DNA of 64,000 nt from Anaerolineales bacterium (lineage in GTDB: Bacteria > Chloroflexota > Anaerolineae > Anaerolineales > E44-bin32). Both the position numbers and the translations under genes were made by a program. How positions within the stretch are numbered: position 1 is the first letter of the stretch; each line of letters starts with the position of its first letter. Of the stretch, positions 10,971 to 21,443 are shown piece by piece. The notes beneath the pieces were generated by a model that saw only the letters and a list, made by a program, of their open reading frames with translations, did not search any database and was not told where the DNA came from. The stretch is taken from positions 6,224-70,223 of the forward strand of contig JARRPX010000005.1 in assembly GCA_037382465.1 (NCBI GenBank), written 5' to 3'.

Positions 10971-12743
10971 CTACCCGAAGGAGTAGAGCGTGTTGCATGC
11001 GACCAGGTACCAGGTTACAAACAGTGTGTTTATGGCCGCACCGACATATATCTTTCCCGTCTTCCGAAAGTAGTAGGTCGATACGAGAGCGATGGCCGGT
11101 ACAATGGCAAACAACGCCAGTCCATTGATCAACCCCAATCCGCCAGGACCGAAGTTGGACGGAGCACCAAAGAACGTCAATGGAATGTAGTATCGAGCTT
11201 CCAGGATCAAAAACCCGATCAAGAGCATGAAGACATTCACGAGCATTTCTCGGGCGAAGCTCGCTTTGCCGTTTTTGGGTCGTAACGTCCCGTGAAGCAC
11301 AACCGCCAATGGGAAGAAGTAGATCGCGAGTGGGATCACGTAGGCGAACATCACCAGGAAGTGCCGGAAATCCGTGGTTTTGAGGGTTACTACCCAGAAA
11401 CGGAAGTCCACCTTCAACAGCGCGGTGATGACAGACAGGATCAGATAACCGATCGAGATGACGGTCAGCGCCAGCAGGAAGGACTTGCCGATCTTCTTCC
11501 AATCGAAGCCAACGCCATCCCACATGAAACCATAGTTGACACCTGTTGCCCCAGCCTTCTTCCCAATTGCGTAGTAGCCGACGACGAGCATCAGGATCGT
11601 CAAAAGACCCACTACGAAGAGCCACCCGACGAATCCGGTTGTCACAGGCTCTAAGTGGAATGGATTCGGCATGAAGAATTTAAGGAAGAGCCACATCAAA
11701 GTAACGGGGCCAAGCGCGGCGGTAATGATGGCAAACACCCACCACATCGTGCCGACATTGCCTTTGTACTCTGGAATGCGGTCCTTGAGGGTGCCGAAGT
11801 AGGATGTCTTCAACAGGACACCTCCCATCCCCATCAGGAAAATGACGAAACCGACGAACGCTGTCCCCGTTCCGAGAACCTTTAGCGGCCAAATTTGGCT
11901 TGAAGCCGGGATATCCTTGCCGCCTTTAAGCGTCATTCCGAACCAGGTAATCGCATTCCCGATAGAGGTCGGATCATCTGTAGAAATCGGATGATCACCC
12001 CAGTGGAAGTAGAAAATCCTCGCCGTTCCGGCTTCGATGGACCCGTAGAGATGACCCGGGATCACGGGCTGATCTGTGCCATAGGCCGCCATGGCGGCCG
12101 GCATGTTGGGAATTTCAGCTCCGTTGGGAGCGCCAAAGTTCGGTGGAACCTCGGTGTGCTTGCCCACGCTGATGGCCCAGTTCGTGAGCTCGGGGCATGA
12201 ATCTGTGCAGCCGGAATCCATAAAGAACAACGCCCGATATGCGCCAGGATTCTGCTGGGCAGCGGCATCGATCGCACTGCCGCCCATCGACATCCCGATC
12301 ATGCCTACATTATCGGGGTCCACGATGTCCAGGCTCCGAAGGAATCTGAGTCCATCGGAAGCCCCGATGCCGTTCAAAGAAGGCGTGCCCATTGGCGCTT
12401 TGGGTGTGTTGGATTTGTCTGATAGGCCGTGGTTGTCGAGATCCATGGCCAGGACGACGTACCCGCGGCGTGCGAGTTCCAGGGCTGTGTTTGCCATGTA
12501 TTCCTTGCTGTTGTTAAAGCCATGGGTAGCCAACACGGCTGGGGCGGGGTGACCAGTTGTAACACCATCCGGAATCCAAAGGTAACCAACGTAGTAGCCG
12601 TTATAGACGCCGTAGAACCTTACCTCGCGAATCTTCGCTGCGCCTTCACCTGTTTGCACCCATCCGGCTAAAAGGCTGCCAATCAGGATTAATAGAAGCG
12701 CTATGATCAAGGTTCGCATTGGCTTGCTTTTTTCTTCAGACAT
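10971..12743 (-). CDS. Membrane-anchored alpha/beta-hydrolase fused to a C-terminal domain of about 8 TM helices (function unknown)
   Basis: AAGGAG RBS. N-terminal signal anchor, then HGFNNSKE, ELARRGYVVLAMD, nucleophile elbow GMSMGG, MDSG and WGDHP (Ser/Asp/His candidates). The C-terminal ~300 aa are hydrophobic with about 8 predicted helices. Confidence 0.7.
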   Translation of the reverse strand: MSEEKSKPMRTLIIALLLILIGSLLAGWVQTGEGAAKIREVRFYGVYNGYYVGYLWIPDGVTTGHPAPAVLATHGFNNSKEYMANTALELARRGYVVLAMDLDNHGLSDKSNTPKAPMGTPSLNGIGASDGLRFLRSLDIVDPDNVGMIGMSMGGSAIDAAAQQNPGAYRALFFMDSGCTDSCPELTNWAISVGKHTEVPPNFGAPNGAEIPNMPAAMAAYGTDQPVIPGHLYGSIEAGTARIFYFHWGDHPISTDDPTSIGNAITWFGMTLKGGKDIPASSQIWPLKVLGTGTAFVGFVIFLMGMGGVLLKTSYFGTLKDRIPEYKGNVGTMWWVFAIITAALGPVTLMWLFLKFFMPNPFHLEPVTTGFVGWLFVVGLLTILMLVVGYYAIGKKAGATGVNYGFMWDGVGFDWKKIGKSFLLALTVISIGYLILSVITALLKVDFRFWVVTLKTTDFRHFLVMFAYVIPLAIYFFPLAVVLHGTLRPKNGKASFAREMLVNVFMLLIGFLILEARYYIPLTFFGAPSNFGPGGLGLINGLALFAIVPAIALVSTYYFRKTGKIYVGAAINTLFVTWYLVACNTLYSFG

Positions 12744-13086
12744 GGCCTATCTCCTTTACGAATAATCGGCTTTACATCATTAGTGCGTTCATGTTCTCGC
12801 AATATTCAACACCTCCCCGGCCTGGCTTTCCTTCTGACTGAATGGCATTCGCATTGAGAAATTCAAGGATGATGGGAAACTGATAGATGACTTCACCTCC
12901 GCGGCGATCCTGTTTTCTGGCGTAGTGATCCCGCAACAGAGCTTCCGGCAATAAGTGCAATCTGAAAATTGTACTTATTGCCGTCAACCCTGCCGGCCTA
13001 TCTGACGATCGGGTTGATCTCCCCGACTTCAGATTTGGGCCACGCATCAATTTTTAACCGGCTGCCATCCCCGGCGACGATCCCTT

Positions 13087-14880
13087 TCATACCCCAACCA
13101 CGGAACCGGCAGCCAGGAACCAGATGGCCATCATGGCGATGACCAACGCCCCCAGGTAGATCCGTCCCGTTCGCCGGAAGAACCAGGTGAGCATGAAGAG
13201 CAGCACGACAAATTCAGGGATGTATACCCAAAGCATCAGGATCCAGATGGCAAAGGGCGCTCCGACCGTACCTGTTAATCCCCAGAACGGTCCCGTACCA
13301 GCCAGCATCCACGGGATGTACTGAAGCGCCCAGACCAGGAAGAGACCCATCAGGCCCGCATAGAGGTTCTTGAGCCACCACATCCACAGGGACTTATTCG
13401 GTGTGCTGTATTCCGGCTGGCGGGCCTGACCGAACAAGAACACTCCGCCATTGATCAGGAAGAAAAGCAGCGCCGGGATCAGGTAGATCAAGAACAAGCC
13501 TACACGCTGCGGTGTTTGAAATTCGCGCATGTATGGCCAGGCGAATCGGAATTCCTCTCCCAAAGCCCACCGTGAGATTCCCGCCAGGACGTACATCCAA
13601 AGGAACAGGATTACACCCAGCAAGAGGGTCTTCCCCAGGATGCCCCAATCAAACCTCGTTTTTTCCTTATCGAAGCTTACGCCCAGCTCGTAGGTGGTGA
13701 CGCCTTCCTTTTTGGCTGATGTCCGGTACCAGAGGTAGATCAGAACTGCGGCAACAACGGCATTGATCAAGAACCAGAGCGCCGTTCCGTTGCCCATCAG
13801 CAGTTTCATGAAGGGAAGTTTTTCCAGGACGTCCCCCTTGTAGGCAAAAAACAGCCAGAACACACCGCCGAGGAGCGCGTTGATCGTGGCGAAAATCCAC
13901 CACTTTCCTTTCGAAGCCACATATCCTGTCGGCATCGGTTGAGCTACAGGGGAGAAGTACGCCGTACTCAAAAGCAGATTGGTCAGCGGGATCAATGAGG
14001 CGATTGCACCCAGCAGCGCGATCAGGCCGAATATCTCTTTGAACATGTAGACCTGGCTCGAGGGTTCGATCCAGTGTGCATCTTTTGCGCCATCCATGAG
14101 CGAAAGGCGGAACCAGTCTACGGCCTCCGCTACGGCTCGTGGCGAGAGCGACATGAGATGGTGATCTCCCCAGATCAATGCGGCTCTACGGGCGGTTCCG
14201 TCCTCGAAATTCCCATACGTTGTGTCCCATTCAACCGGAGCTGAGAGGCCGAAATCCGCGGGATTTACAGGAATTAACGCTTCCATGGAGTTGGTGAACT
14301 CGGCCATCGTAGGCTTCAGGAAAAGGACGTCGCTGTTATCGGGTGTACCCGTTCCGCCATCTTGGGAGACGATCGCCTTGACATCACCGTTGGCATCGGC
14401 GATTGCGAATGCCGTAACCCCGCCCATGGAGTGTCCCGTCGCCCCCATTTCGGACGCATCGACAAAAGGCAGGCTCTTCAAGTAGAGATAGGCCGGATTG
14501 AGGCCCATCCCTCCCAGCGGATCACCAAAGAAACGTCCGAAATTGAAGGCGCCTTCGGAGTCGCCATGCCCAAGGCCGTCGGTCGCAAGCACAACGAAGC
14601 CGCGTCTTGCGAGTTCTACGGAATATCCTGCTTGAACATCCTTATCGTTTTGATAGCCATGCATATTAATGACGGCTGGTGCTGGATTTTCTGCAGTGAC
14701 CCACGTCGGACGATAGAGTTTCGCAGCGATCGTTTCGCCCGAAGGCCCAATAATCCTGATGAACCTGATGTCGATCTTGCCGAAGTCCCGCTCAAGATAA
14801 TGAGCCATTACAGCCGAGAATGTGATGATGACCAGGATGATGAGCAACCCGTACCAATTCTTTCGAACTTTGTTTTCCAT
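13087..14880 (-). CDS. Paralogue of 10971..12743: alpha/beta-hydrolase::8-TM fusion protein
   Basis: GGAGGA RBS. Same architecture and shared motifs: PAPAV, HGYQNDKD, ELARRGFVVLATD, GHSMGG, QDGG, WGDHH, and C-terminal FFRRTGRIYLGA versus YFRKTGKIYVGA in the neighbour. Confidence 0.7.
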   Translation of the reverse strand: MENKVRKNWYGLLIILVIITFSAVMAHYLERDFGKIDIRFIRIIGPSGETIAAKLYRPTWVTAENPAPAVINMHGYQNDKDVQAGYSVELARRGFVVLATDGLGHGDSEGAFNFGRFFGDPLGGMGLNPAYLYLKSLPFVDASEMGATGHSMGGVTAFAIADANGDVKAIVSQDGGTGTPDNSDVLFLKPTMAEFTNSMEALIPVNPADFGLSAPVEWDTTYGNFEDGTARRAALIWGDHHLMSLSPRAVAEAVDWFRLSLMDGAKDAHWIEPSSQVYMFKEIFGLIALLGAIASLIPLTNLLLSTAYFSPVAQPMPTGYVASKGKWWIFATINALLGGVFWLFFAYKGDVLEKLPFMKLLMGNGTALWFLINAVVAAVLIYLWYRTSAKKEGVTTYELGVSFDKEKTRFDWGILGKTLLLGVILFLWMYVLAGISRWALGEEFRFAWPYMREFQTPQRVGLFLIYLIPALLFFLINGGVFLFGQARQPEYSTPNKSLWMWWLKNLYAGLMGLFLVWALQYIPWMLAGTGPFWGLTGTVGAPFAIWILMLWVYIPEFVVLLFMLTWFFRRTGRIYLGALVIAMMAIWFLAAGSVVGV

Positions 14881-14954
14881 CGTATCCTCCTCCTCATGAA
14901 ATTGGGTGAATAAGCCCTCTGGGCAATATGCCAGGCATTATTATTGTAGAAATA

Positions 14955-14992
14955 GTGCGCACACAATGTCAATCAATGTGCACAAACGTGCA
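14955..14992. promoter_or_regulatory. Candidate operator: three GTGC(G)CAC-type half-palindromes in the divergent hydrolase/SorC promoter region
   Basis: gtgcgcac (14955..14962) and tgtgcaca (14977..14984), each self-complementary and 22 nt apart centre to centre, followed by cgtgca (14988..14993). Confidence 0.3.
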
Positions 14993-15087
14993 TATTTTTG
15001 TCGTCATTTCATCCTGTCCGCTGGGATATTTTTCATAAAGGTTGTACATCCGTGCAGACTCATGTATAAAAATGATTAAGGTGAAAG

Positions 15088-16047
15088 ATGACAGAAGCGC
15101 AAAAAGTAGCAAATGCTATCCGCGCCGCCCGGATGTACTATTACCAAAATCTCACCACCGGTGTGATTGCGAAGGAAATGAACGTTTCCCGCTCGACGAT
15201 ATCCCGGCTGCTGGGTTTTGCCAGATTAAAAGGGCTGGTGGATATCCGGATCATTGAACCGACGGATCTGCCTGATCGGCTGGCCAATGCTTTGGTCGAT
15301 GAATTTGGCATTGAGAAAATCCACGTTGTACATGCCCCCGAAATCGCTGGAGAGGCGGAATGGCTGGAAAGGGTTGCCCAATATACGGCAAACTATCTCA
15401 ACACGAAATTTGATTCCAACATGATCTTGGGTATCGCCTGGGGTACCACCATGACGGCCATTTCAAAGCATCTGCTGCGAAAAACGACCCATAACAGCCA
15501 GATCGTACAGCTGAACGGGGCCGGGAATACCCAGTCCATGGGCATCGGTTACGCCAGCCAGATTATTATGCGGTTTTCTGACAATTATCGGGCGCGGGCC
15601 CATTTATTTCCTGTGCCCACATTCTTCGATTATGCGGAAACCAAACAAGCATTGTGGCGGGAGGGAAGCATCAGGCGCATCCTGGATTTGCAATCCAAGA
15701 CGGATTTATTGTTGTACAGCATCGGGGCGGTCAATGCCGGAATTCCAAGCCATGTGTACAGCGGCGGCTACCTGACGGAAGTAGATTACAAGGAATTAGA
15801 AAAATACAATATCGCGGGTGATATTGCCACGGTATTCTTCAAAGAGGATGGCAGCTTTGAAAATATTCCCATAAACAAAAGGGCCAGCGGACCAAACTTG
15901 GGATTATTCCAACAGAAACACGGGATTTGTGTCGTCTCAGGATTGGCCAAAGTAAAAGGACTCTATGCGGCACTCAAAGGAAAACTGATGTCTGAGTTGA
16001 TAGTTGATGAACCTACCGCCAGAAAATTGGTGGATAGTTATCTATAA
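15088..16047 (+). CDS. SorC/DeoR(Bsu)-family sugar-binding transcriptional regulator
   Basis: N-terminal HTH AARMYYYQNLTTGVIAKEMNVSRSTISRLLGFARLKGLVDIRI followed by a SorC-type sugar-phosphate-binding domain (GIAWGTT, VQLNGAG). Confidence 0.9.
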   Translation: MTEAQKVANAIRAARMYYYQNLTTGVIAKEMNVSRSTISRLLGFARLKGLVDIRIIEPTDLPDRLANALVDEFGIEKIHVVHAPEIAGEAEWLERVAQYTANYLNTKFDSNMILGIAWGTTMTAISKHLLRKTTHNSQIVQLNGAGNTQSMGIGYASQIIMRFSDNYRARAHLFPVPTFFDYAETKQALWREGSIRRILDLQSKTDLLLYSIGAVNAGIPSHVYSGGYLTEVDYKELEKYNIAGDIATVFFKEDGSFENIPINKRASGPNLGLFQQKHGICVVSGLAKVKGLYAALKGKLMSELIVDEPTARKLVDSYL

Positions 16048-16167
16048 CCCCGCCGGGCGGGAATCGTATTTCTTCCTTCGACAAGAGTTGAATTAAATCT
16101 TTCCTCGTTATCCCACAATGCTCCCCGCATGCCACGATTTCTTGATGGAAACCTGTTGATGCGAACG

Positions 16168-17172
16168 CTAGGGACGTCGTTTGCGGAGTTGATCGAGCAT
16201 GATCGCGGTTACGATGACCAAACCCTGTACGGCTTGCAGCCAGTAGGCCGAGACACCAACGAGCACCAGGCCGTTGCGCAGCACCTGCATCACCACGGTT
16301 CCAATCAGTACGCCCAGGATTGTACCTTCTCCACCCATGAGGCTGGTGCCGCCGACTACCGCAGCGGCGATGACATCCAGTTCATAGCCGTACGCAGCCG
16401 TAGGCGCAGCTACGCCCAGGCGCGCCGTCATGAGCACACCGCCGATAGCAGTAAGCAGCCCACACAGAGAATAAACCATGATCTTGACACTATCCGTGTT
16501 GATGCCGGAGAGGCGCGTGGCCGTCTCGCTGCCTCCGACGGCGTATATTCGGTAACCCCAAACGGTCCGGTTAAGGAATACTGCAGAGATCGTGGCGAAG
16601 ACGAGAGTGAAGATGAGTGGTAAAGGTACGCCGATTGTGCCAATGGGAATATCGTGCTGTCCGAGATACCGGAAAGAGGGGTCTAATTCACGTACCGGCC
16701 AACCGCCCGTTAATCCGTAACAAAGTCCGCGAGCCATGAGCAGCGTGCCTAGCGTAGCGATAAATGGGGGCAGTTTACCCTTGGTAATCATCAAGCCATT
16801 CGCAATCCCGACCAACAAACCTGCCACCAGACCCCCGATCACCGCGACCGGGACGGGTATCCCCTCAGCCAACAGCATGGCGCTGGCCAGGCCCGAAAGG
16901 CCCATGACTGAGCCTACGGATAGATCAATCCCGGCAGTGATGATCACCATGCATTGCCCGAAGGCGCTGAGCGCGATCCAGGAGAACGCCCGCAGGATAT
17001 TGAATATATTCGTGCTGGTGAGAAAAGTGTCGGTGTAAAGCGAGAGAAATACCACCAAGACCAATAAAATCAGCGCCACACCGAATTCTTGCCGGCCGAC
17101 GATCCTTCGCCAGGTAGTTCCGCGAGCCCGTATCTGGATATCTTCGCTCCTTGCCGTGTTTATGGTGCTCAC
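16168..17172 (-). CDS. CUT2 (ribose-type) sugar ABC transporter permease
   Basis: RbsC-like: [76 protein letters not shown]. Overlaps the upstream ATPase gene by 4 nt. Confidence 0.9.
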   Translation of the reverse strand: MSTINTARSEDIQIRARGTTWRRIVGRQEFGVALILLVLVVFLSLYTDTFLTSTNIFNILRAFSWIALSAFGQCMVIITAGIDLSVGSVMGLSGLASAMLLAEGIPVPVAVIGGLVAGLLVGIANGLMITKGKLPPFIATLGTLLMARGLCYGLTGGWPVRELDPSFRYLGQHDIPIGTIGVPLPLIFTLVFATISAVFLNRTVWGYRIYAVGGSETATRLSGINTDSVKIMVYSLCGLLTAIGGVLMTARLGVAAPTAAYGYELDVIAAAVVGGTSLMGGEGTILGVLIGTVVMQVLRNGLVLVGVSAYWLQAVQGLVIVTAIMLDQLRKRRP

Positions 17173-18782
17173 GTTGTTTCTCCTTTCGGCGCGCCCTCCG
17201 AGATAATGTCGTTATCCAGTTCTCCGCTTGCGTAGGCGATGATTCGTTCTTGTGTGGCATCCTTGCGGTCTAAAATTGCCGCAACTCTTCCTTCCGACAT
17301 CACCAGGACTCGATCGCTCATTCCCAGGATTTCCGGCAGCTCGGATGAGATCATGATGATGCCGATTCCCGAGGCCGCCAATTTACTCATCAACGCATGG
17401 ACCTCGGCCTTCGCGCCGACATCGATACCGCGCGTGGGTTCGTCCATGATCAAGATTTTGGGATCCGAGGCCAACCACTTGGCGAGGACCACCTTCTGCT
17501 GGTTGCCGCCGGAGAGGAACATCGCCTTCTGCTCTAAATAGGGCGTGCGGATGCTCAGTTTGTCGACATACTCCTGAGCTGTTTCCCGAATCGCACCCTG
17601 CTGAACCCAACCGAAACTGGCATGTTCTCCAAGCGTCGGCAGAACGATGTTCTCCGAAACGGCCATCCTGAGGACGAGTCCTTGTAACCCACGGTCCTCG
17701 GGAACCAGCCCAATACCAGCTCTTACGGCGTCGACGGGGGAACGAATGTTCAACGGGACGCCTTGGAACAGGATTTCTCCAGCTTCCTTTCGATCAGCGC
17801 CGAAGATCAAGCGCGCTGTTTCCGTTCGTCCGGCGCCAACGAGGCCGGCGAAACCCAGGATCTCGCCTTTATGTAGGGTGAAACTCACGTCTTTGACCTG
17901 ATCCCCGCCCGTCAAGCCCCGTACTTCCAACAGCGGCGCTCCGATCTCCGCCTCCTTCTTCTGGAACATGTCCGCCACCAACTCGCGGCCCACCATCAAG
18001 TGAATGATCACTTCGGTCGTCGCCTCTTGGATCGATAAACCGCCCACAAACCTGCCGTCCCGCAGGACCACAACGCGATCGGCGATGCGGAACACCTCTT
18101 CCAGGCGGTGTGTGATAAAGATGACGGCAATGCCTTGTTTTTTCAATGATTCGATAATGCCGAATAATGTATCAACTTCATCCTCACCCAGCGCCGAAGT
18201 GGGCTCGTCCATGATGATGATACGGGCATCAACGGCCAAGGCCTTGGCAACTTCGACCATTTGTTGTGCGGCGACGGATAAATCCTGGATGAGCGTGGAA
18301 GAAGATATTCGTGCGCCAACGCGCTCCAGATACATCTGTGCTTCTTTTTCCATCCGACGACGATCGACAAAGTTGAGGATCCGTCCCACGCCGCGCTCGC
18401 GAGGTTCGCGAGTGATGAAGATGTTCGCCGCCGCACTTTGATTGGGAGTCAGGTTGAATTCCTGGTAGATGATAGAAATGTTTAATTCCTGTGCGTGATG
18501 TGGGTTTTCGATCTCGATCTCTTTTCCGTCCAGCAAGATCTTCCCGGAATCTTTCCGGTATGCCCCACAGAGGATTTTCATCAACGTCGATTTTCCGGCC
18601 CCATTTTCACCAACGAGCGCAACGACTTCACCAGCCGCGACTTCAAAATCTACATTTTTCAACGCCTGGACCCCGGGGAATGCCTTGGATATGTCCTTCA
18701 TCACGAGTAAGGATTCTTGTTTTTCGGGCAAGGTGTACTCCAATATCGGGGGTTGTGGTGCGGGGTTATCCCCGCACCACAA
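17169..18782 (-). CDS. Sugar ABC transporter ATP-binding protein with two fused NBDs (RbsA-like); the exact start is uncertain
   Basis: GENGAGKST Walker [12 protein letters not shown] Walker B and ITHRLEE H-loop in NBD1; [17 protein letters not shown] and [11 protein letters not shown] in NBD2. Confidence 0.92.
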   Translation of the reverse strand: MWCGDNPAPQPPILEYTLPEKQESLLVMKDISKAFPGVQALKNVDFEVAAGEVVALVGENGAGKSTLMKILCGAYRKDSGKILLDGKEIEIENPHHAQELNISIIYQEFNLTPNQSAAANIFITREPRERGVGRILNFVDRRRMEKEAQMYLERVGARISSSTLIQDLSVAAQQMVEVAKALAVDARIIIMDEPTSALGEDEVDTLFGIIESLKKQGIAVIFITHRLEEVFRIADRVVVLRDGRFVGGLSIQEATTEVIIHLMVGRELVADMFQKKEAEIGAPLLEVRGLTGGDQVKDVSFTLHKGEILGFAGLVGAGRTETARLIFGADRKEAGEILFQGVPLNIRSPVDAVRAGIGLVPEDRGLQGLVLRMAVSENIVLPTLGEHASFGWVQQGAIRETAQEYVDKLSIRTPYLEQKAMFLSGGNQQKVVLAKWLASDPKILIMDEPTRGIDVGAKAEVHALMSKLAASGIGIIMISSELPEILGMSDRVLVMSEGRVAAILDRKDATQERIIAYASGELDNDIISEGAPKGETT

Positions 18783-18866
18783 ATTGTTTGGATAATGTAT
18801 CAGGCATAGATGCTTATCGCAACGTTGCTCCAGGTAACGACTGCAACGAGCACCTCAGCCCAACAC

Positions 18867-19910
18867 TCATTCCAAACATGCGTAAGGATCGGGCAGATCT
18901 TGGGTGAAGTCGCTCGATGCCCACATCTCGGCCATGACGTCCACGTTGCACTCGGTCACGATGTCCATGCCGGAGTCGGTCCAGTCATCGTACGTGGCGC
19001 CGGAGACGATGTAGTCGTAGATCATCTGCACCGTGTCGTAGCCCCAGCCCCAGTATTTCTGTCCGACCAGGCCCTGGATGTAGCCGTCCTGCATGAACTC
19101 CAGCTGCACCGGCAGCGTGTCGAAAGCGATGGTGACCAGGCCGTTGTTCAGCGCCGCGTCCTCCCAGAGAGGCATAGAGCCGCGCTCGGCGAACAGCGGC
19201 CACAGGCCAACCAGGAACCAGCCATCCAGGTCGGGATGTGCCTGCATGGTTTCCTCGATCACCTGCACGCCCAGGTTGATGTCGTCGTTGCAGTAGACGG
19301 TCGAGACGATCTCGATGCCGGGGTAGTCGGCCACGCCGTCCTGGAAGCCGCGGATGCGCTCCTCCAGGTTGAAGGCGCCGGGGACGCCGGTCAGCAGGGC
19401 CACTTTGCCTTCCTCGCCCATGAATTTCACGAGCAACTCGGCAGCGGCCAAACCGCCCTGGTAGTTGTCCACGCCCAGGTAGGTGAAGCGGTCGCTGTCC
19501 GGAGAGTCTGAATCCCAGGTCATCACGGGGATGCCGGCGGCGACGGCCTTGTTGATGGGGTCTTCGCAGGCGGTCGGATCGTTGCAGGAGATGCCGATGG
19601 CGTCGACGCCCTTGGCGATCACGTCTTCCATGACCCGGGTTTGCTCAGCAGCATCCGAGGCCACGGAACCCACGTAATCGACGGTCACATCGACGCCGGT
19701 CGAGGCGCTCAGCTCTTCGGCTTTCTTGAAGGCGCCATCGCGCCCGACCTCGAAGACCGGGTTGTTCAACGCCTTGGGGATCCAGGCGATGGTCAGCGAT
19801 TCTAATCCGGCATCGCTGGGCGCTTCGGTTTTCTTCGCACACCCTGCCAATGCAGCGACGAGAATTATAGCGAGGGCAATTATCACGAAAAGATAGGTCT
19901 TTCTCCGCAT
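18867..19910 (-). CDS. Sugar ABC transporter substrate-binding lipoprotein (periplasmic binding protein type I, RbsB-like)
   Basis: Signal peptide plus lipobox [24 protein letters not shown] and FDTLP resemble ribose/galactose-type binding proteins. First gene of the SBP-ATPase-permease operon. Confidence 0.85.
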   Translation of the reverse strand: MRRKTYLFVIIALAIILVAALAGCAKKTEAPSDAGLESLTIAWIPKALNNPVFEVGRDGAFKKAEELSASTGVDVTVDYVGSVASDAAEQTRVMEDVIAKGVDAIGISCNDPTACEDPINKAVAAGIPVMTWDSDSPDSDRFTYLGVDNYQGGLAAAELLVKFMGEEGKVALLTGVPGAFNLEERIRGFQDGVADYPGIEIVSTVYCNDDINLGVQVIEETMQAHPDLDGWFLVGLWPLFAERGSMPLWEDAALNNGLVTIAFDTLPVQLEFMQDGYIQGLVGQKYWGWGYDTVQMIYDYIVSGATYDDWTDSGMDIVTECNVDVMAEMWASSDFTQDLPDPYACLE

Positions 19911-20348
19911 CTCTTCCTCCTTGGGTAAAGAGACTTTAGATTACTCACCGAGTACGACGATCATAAAGGACTCTTCCACCTCCTTAATATAATATTTTCA
20001 AAGCGGAACTCGAAATTGGATGTGTTTCGGAAAGCCTCTCGGCCCGGGTATCGTGAGCGGATGTACATAGTGTATAGAATCGATGCGCGGGCATCAATGC
20101 CTGTACCCCCAATAGAGGCATGGGATAACTCATGCTTTATGCGTAGGATATCCCCTTTCCTCCCATATACTCGGCTTTATAACTGCGTCTCATCCGTGAT
20201 TTCAGGCTATACTGCAAGGGAAATAGGCTGTAGGCTGCGGGATGAGAAATCCCCCAAGAACCTTCGTTCGATCCATATTCATCTTGTCTTCCATCCGCTT
20301 AATCCTGAAGGTTTGACGATATGACCTATACATTAGTAGAATGGAAAC

Positions 20349-21401
20349 ATGGCCGAGGTCCGCATTATTCTGGCTGATGATCATGCCATCGTACGCGCAG
20401 GTATCCGCAATGCGCTGCAAGAGATGGATGATCTGGTAATCGTCGCCGAAGTGGGCGACGGTCCTTCACTTTTCAAAGCACTGTCGGAGACAGAGGCGGA
20501 TTGCGTTTTAATCGATGTCACGATGCCAGACTTCGATCCCATTCCTTCCATAGAAAAAATCCGCTCTCGCTATCCGGTGATGAAGGTTCTTGTCGTCAGC
20601 GCCTATGACGACGACTTCTATGTACAGGGTCTGCTGGGGGCCGGGGTTAATGGATATCATCTCAAGGATCAACCGCTTAGCGATCTGCGTCTGGCTGTAC
20701 AACGTGTGCTGGACGGCGGACGGTGGTTGTCCGGATCGTTGATCGATAAATTGATCAGCTACGGGGAATCGACCGTTCAGGCGCCAGCCCTGACCACCCG
20801 TCAGCGCGAGATCTTGAGATTTCTGCAGCAAGGGTTGGACAATCAATCCATCGCGCGTGAAGCCGGATTGAGTGTCGGCACTGTCGAAAACCATCTCACC
20901 CGTATTTACCGGCAGCTCAACGTGCAGAGTCGGTTGGAAGCGGTACGCTTTGTGATCGACCATCCGGAGGTGCTTGCCTCACCCGGCCAAGCAGCTGTGG
21001 ACGGCGCGAGTTTTCCCGAGATCCCTGCCGGAGAGGGGATTACGTTATTGCTGGTGGACGATAATGCACGCTACCGCTGCGAACTACGTCGTATGATCGG
21101 CCGGGTGTGCCCCCATGCTTTAGTTTACGAAGCTGAGAACACGCGTGAAGCGGTGAATTTAGTTGAACGTGTGACCCCACAATTGGTATTCATCGATGTC
21201 ATTTTACGGGAAGAAAACGGTATCAGTTGTTTGCGCCGCATCAAGGCGATCTCGCCACAATTGCGCGTCGTCCTGATCAGCGCCTATCCGGATCGGGAGT
21301 TCCACAAGTCGGGTGTGGACGCCGGCGCCATCGCTTTCATCGACAAGAAAAATTTGGACGCTGATACGCTGCATCAGATGATAAGTGATGTCGTTTTATA
21401 G
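20349..21401 (+). CDS. Response regulator with REC - LuxR/NarL HTH - second REC architecture
   Basis: REC1: ILADDH...VLIDVTMPD...VVSAYDD...GYHLKD. HTH: LTTRQREILRFLQQGLDNQSIAREAGLSVGTVENHLTRIYRQL. REC2: LLVDDN...VFIDVIL...VLISAYPD...AFIDKK. Confidence 0.9.
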   Translation: MAEVRIILADDHAIVRAGIRNALQEMDDLVIVAEVGDGPSLFKALSETEADCVLIDVTMPDFDPIPSIEKIRSRYPVMKVLVVSAYDDDFYVQGLLGAGVNGYHLKDQPLSDLRLAVQRVLDGGRWLSGSLIDKLISYGESTVQAPALTTRQREILRFLQQGLDNQSIAREAGLSVGTVENHLTRIYRQLNVQSRLEAVRFVIDHPEVLASPGQAAVDGASFPEIPAGEGITLLLVDDNARYRCELRRMIGRVCPHALVYEAENTREAVNLVERVTPQLVFIDVILREENGISCLRRIKAISPQLRVVLISAYPDREFHKSGVDAGAIAFIDKKNLDADTLHQMISDVVL

Positions 21402-21443
21402 CGGATCAAGATCTCCCAGACGCTGTACTCCTTCTCGAATACT

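Noticed and set aside
12772-13050. 92-aa ORF in the spacer between the two hydrolase-fusion paralogues.
   Set aside because: It has no RBS, no motif and odd composition (Arg/Gly-rich). The spacer is more likely the promoter or leader of the downstream paralogue.
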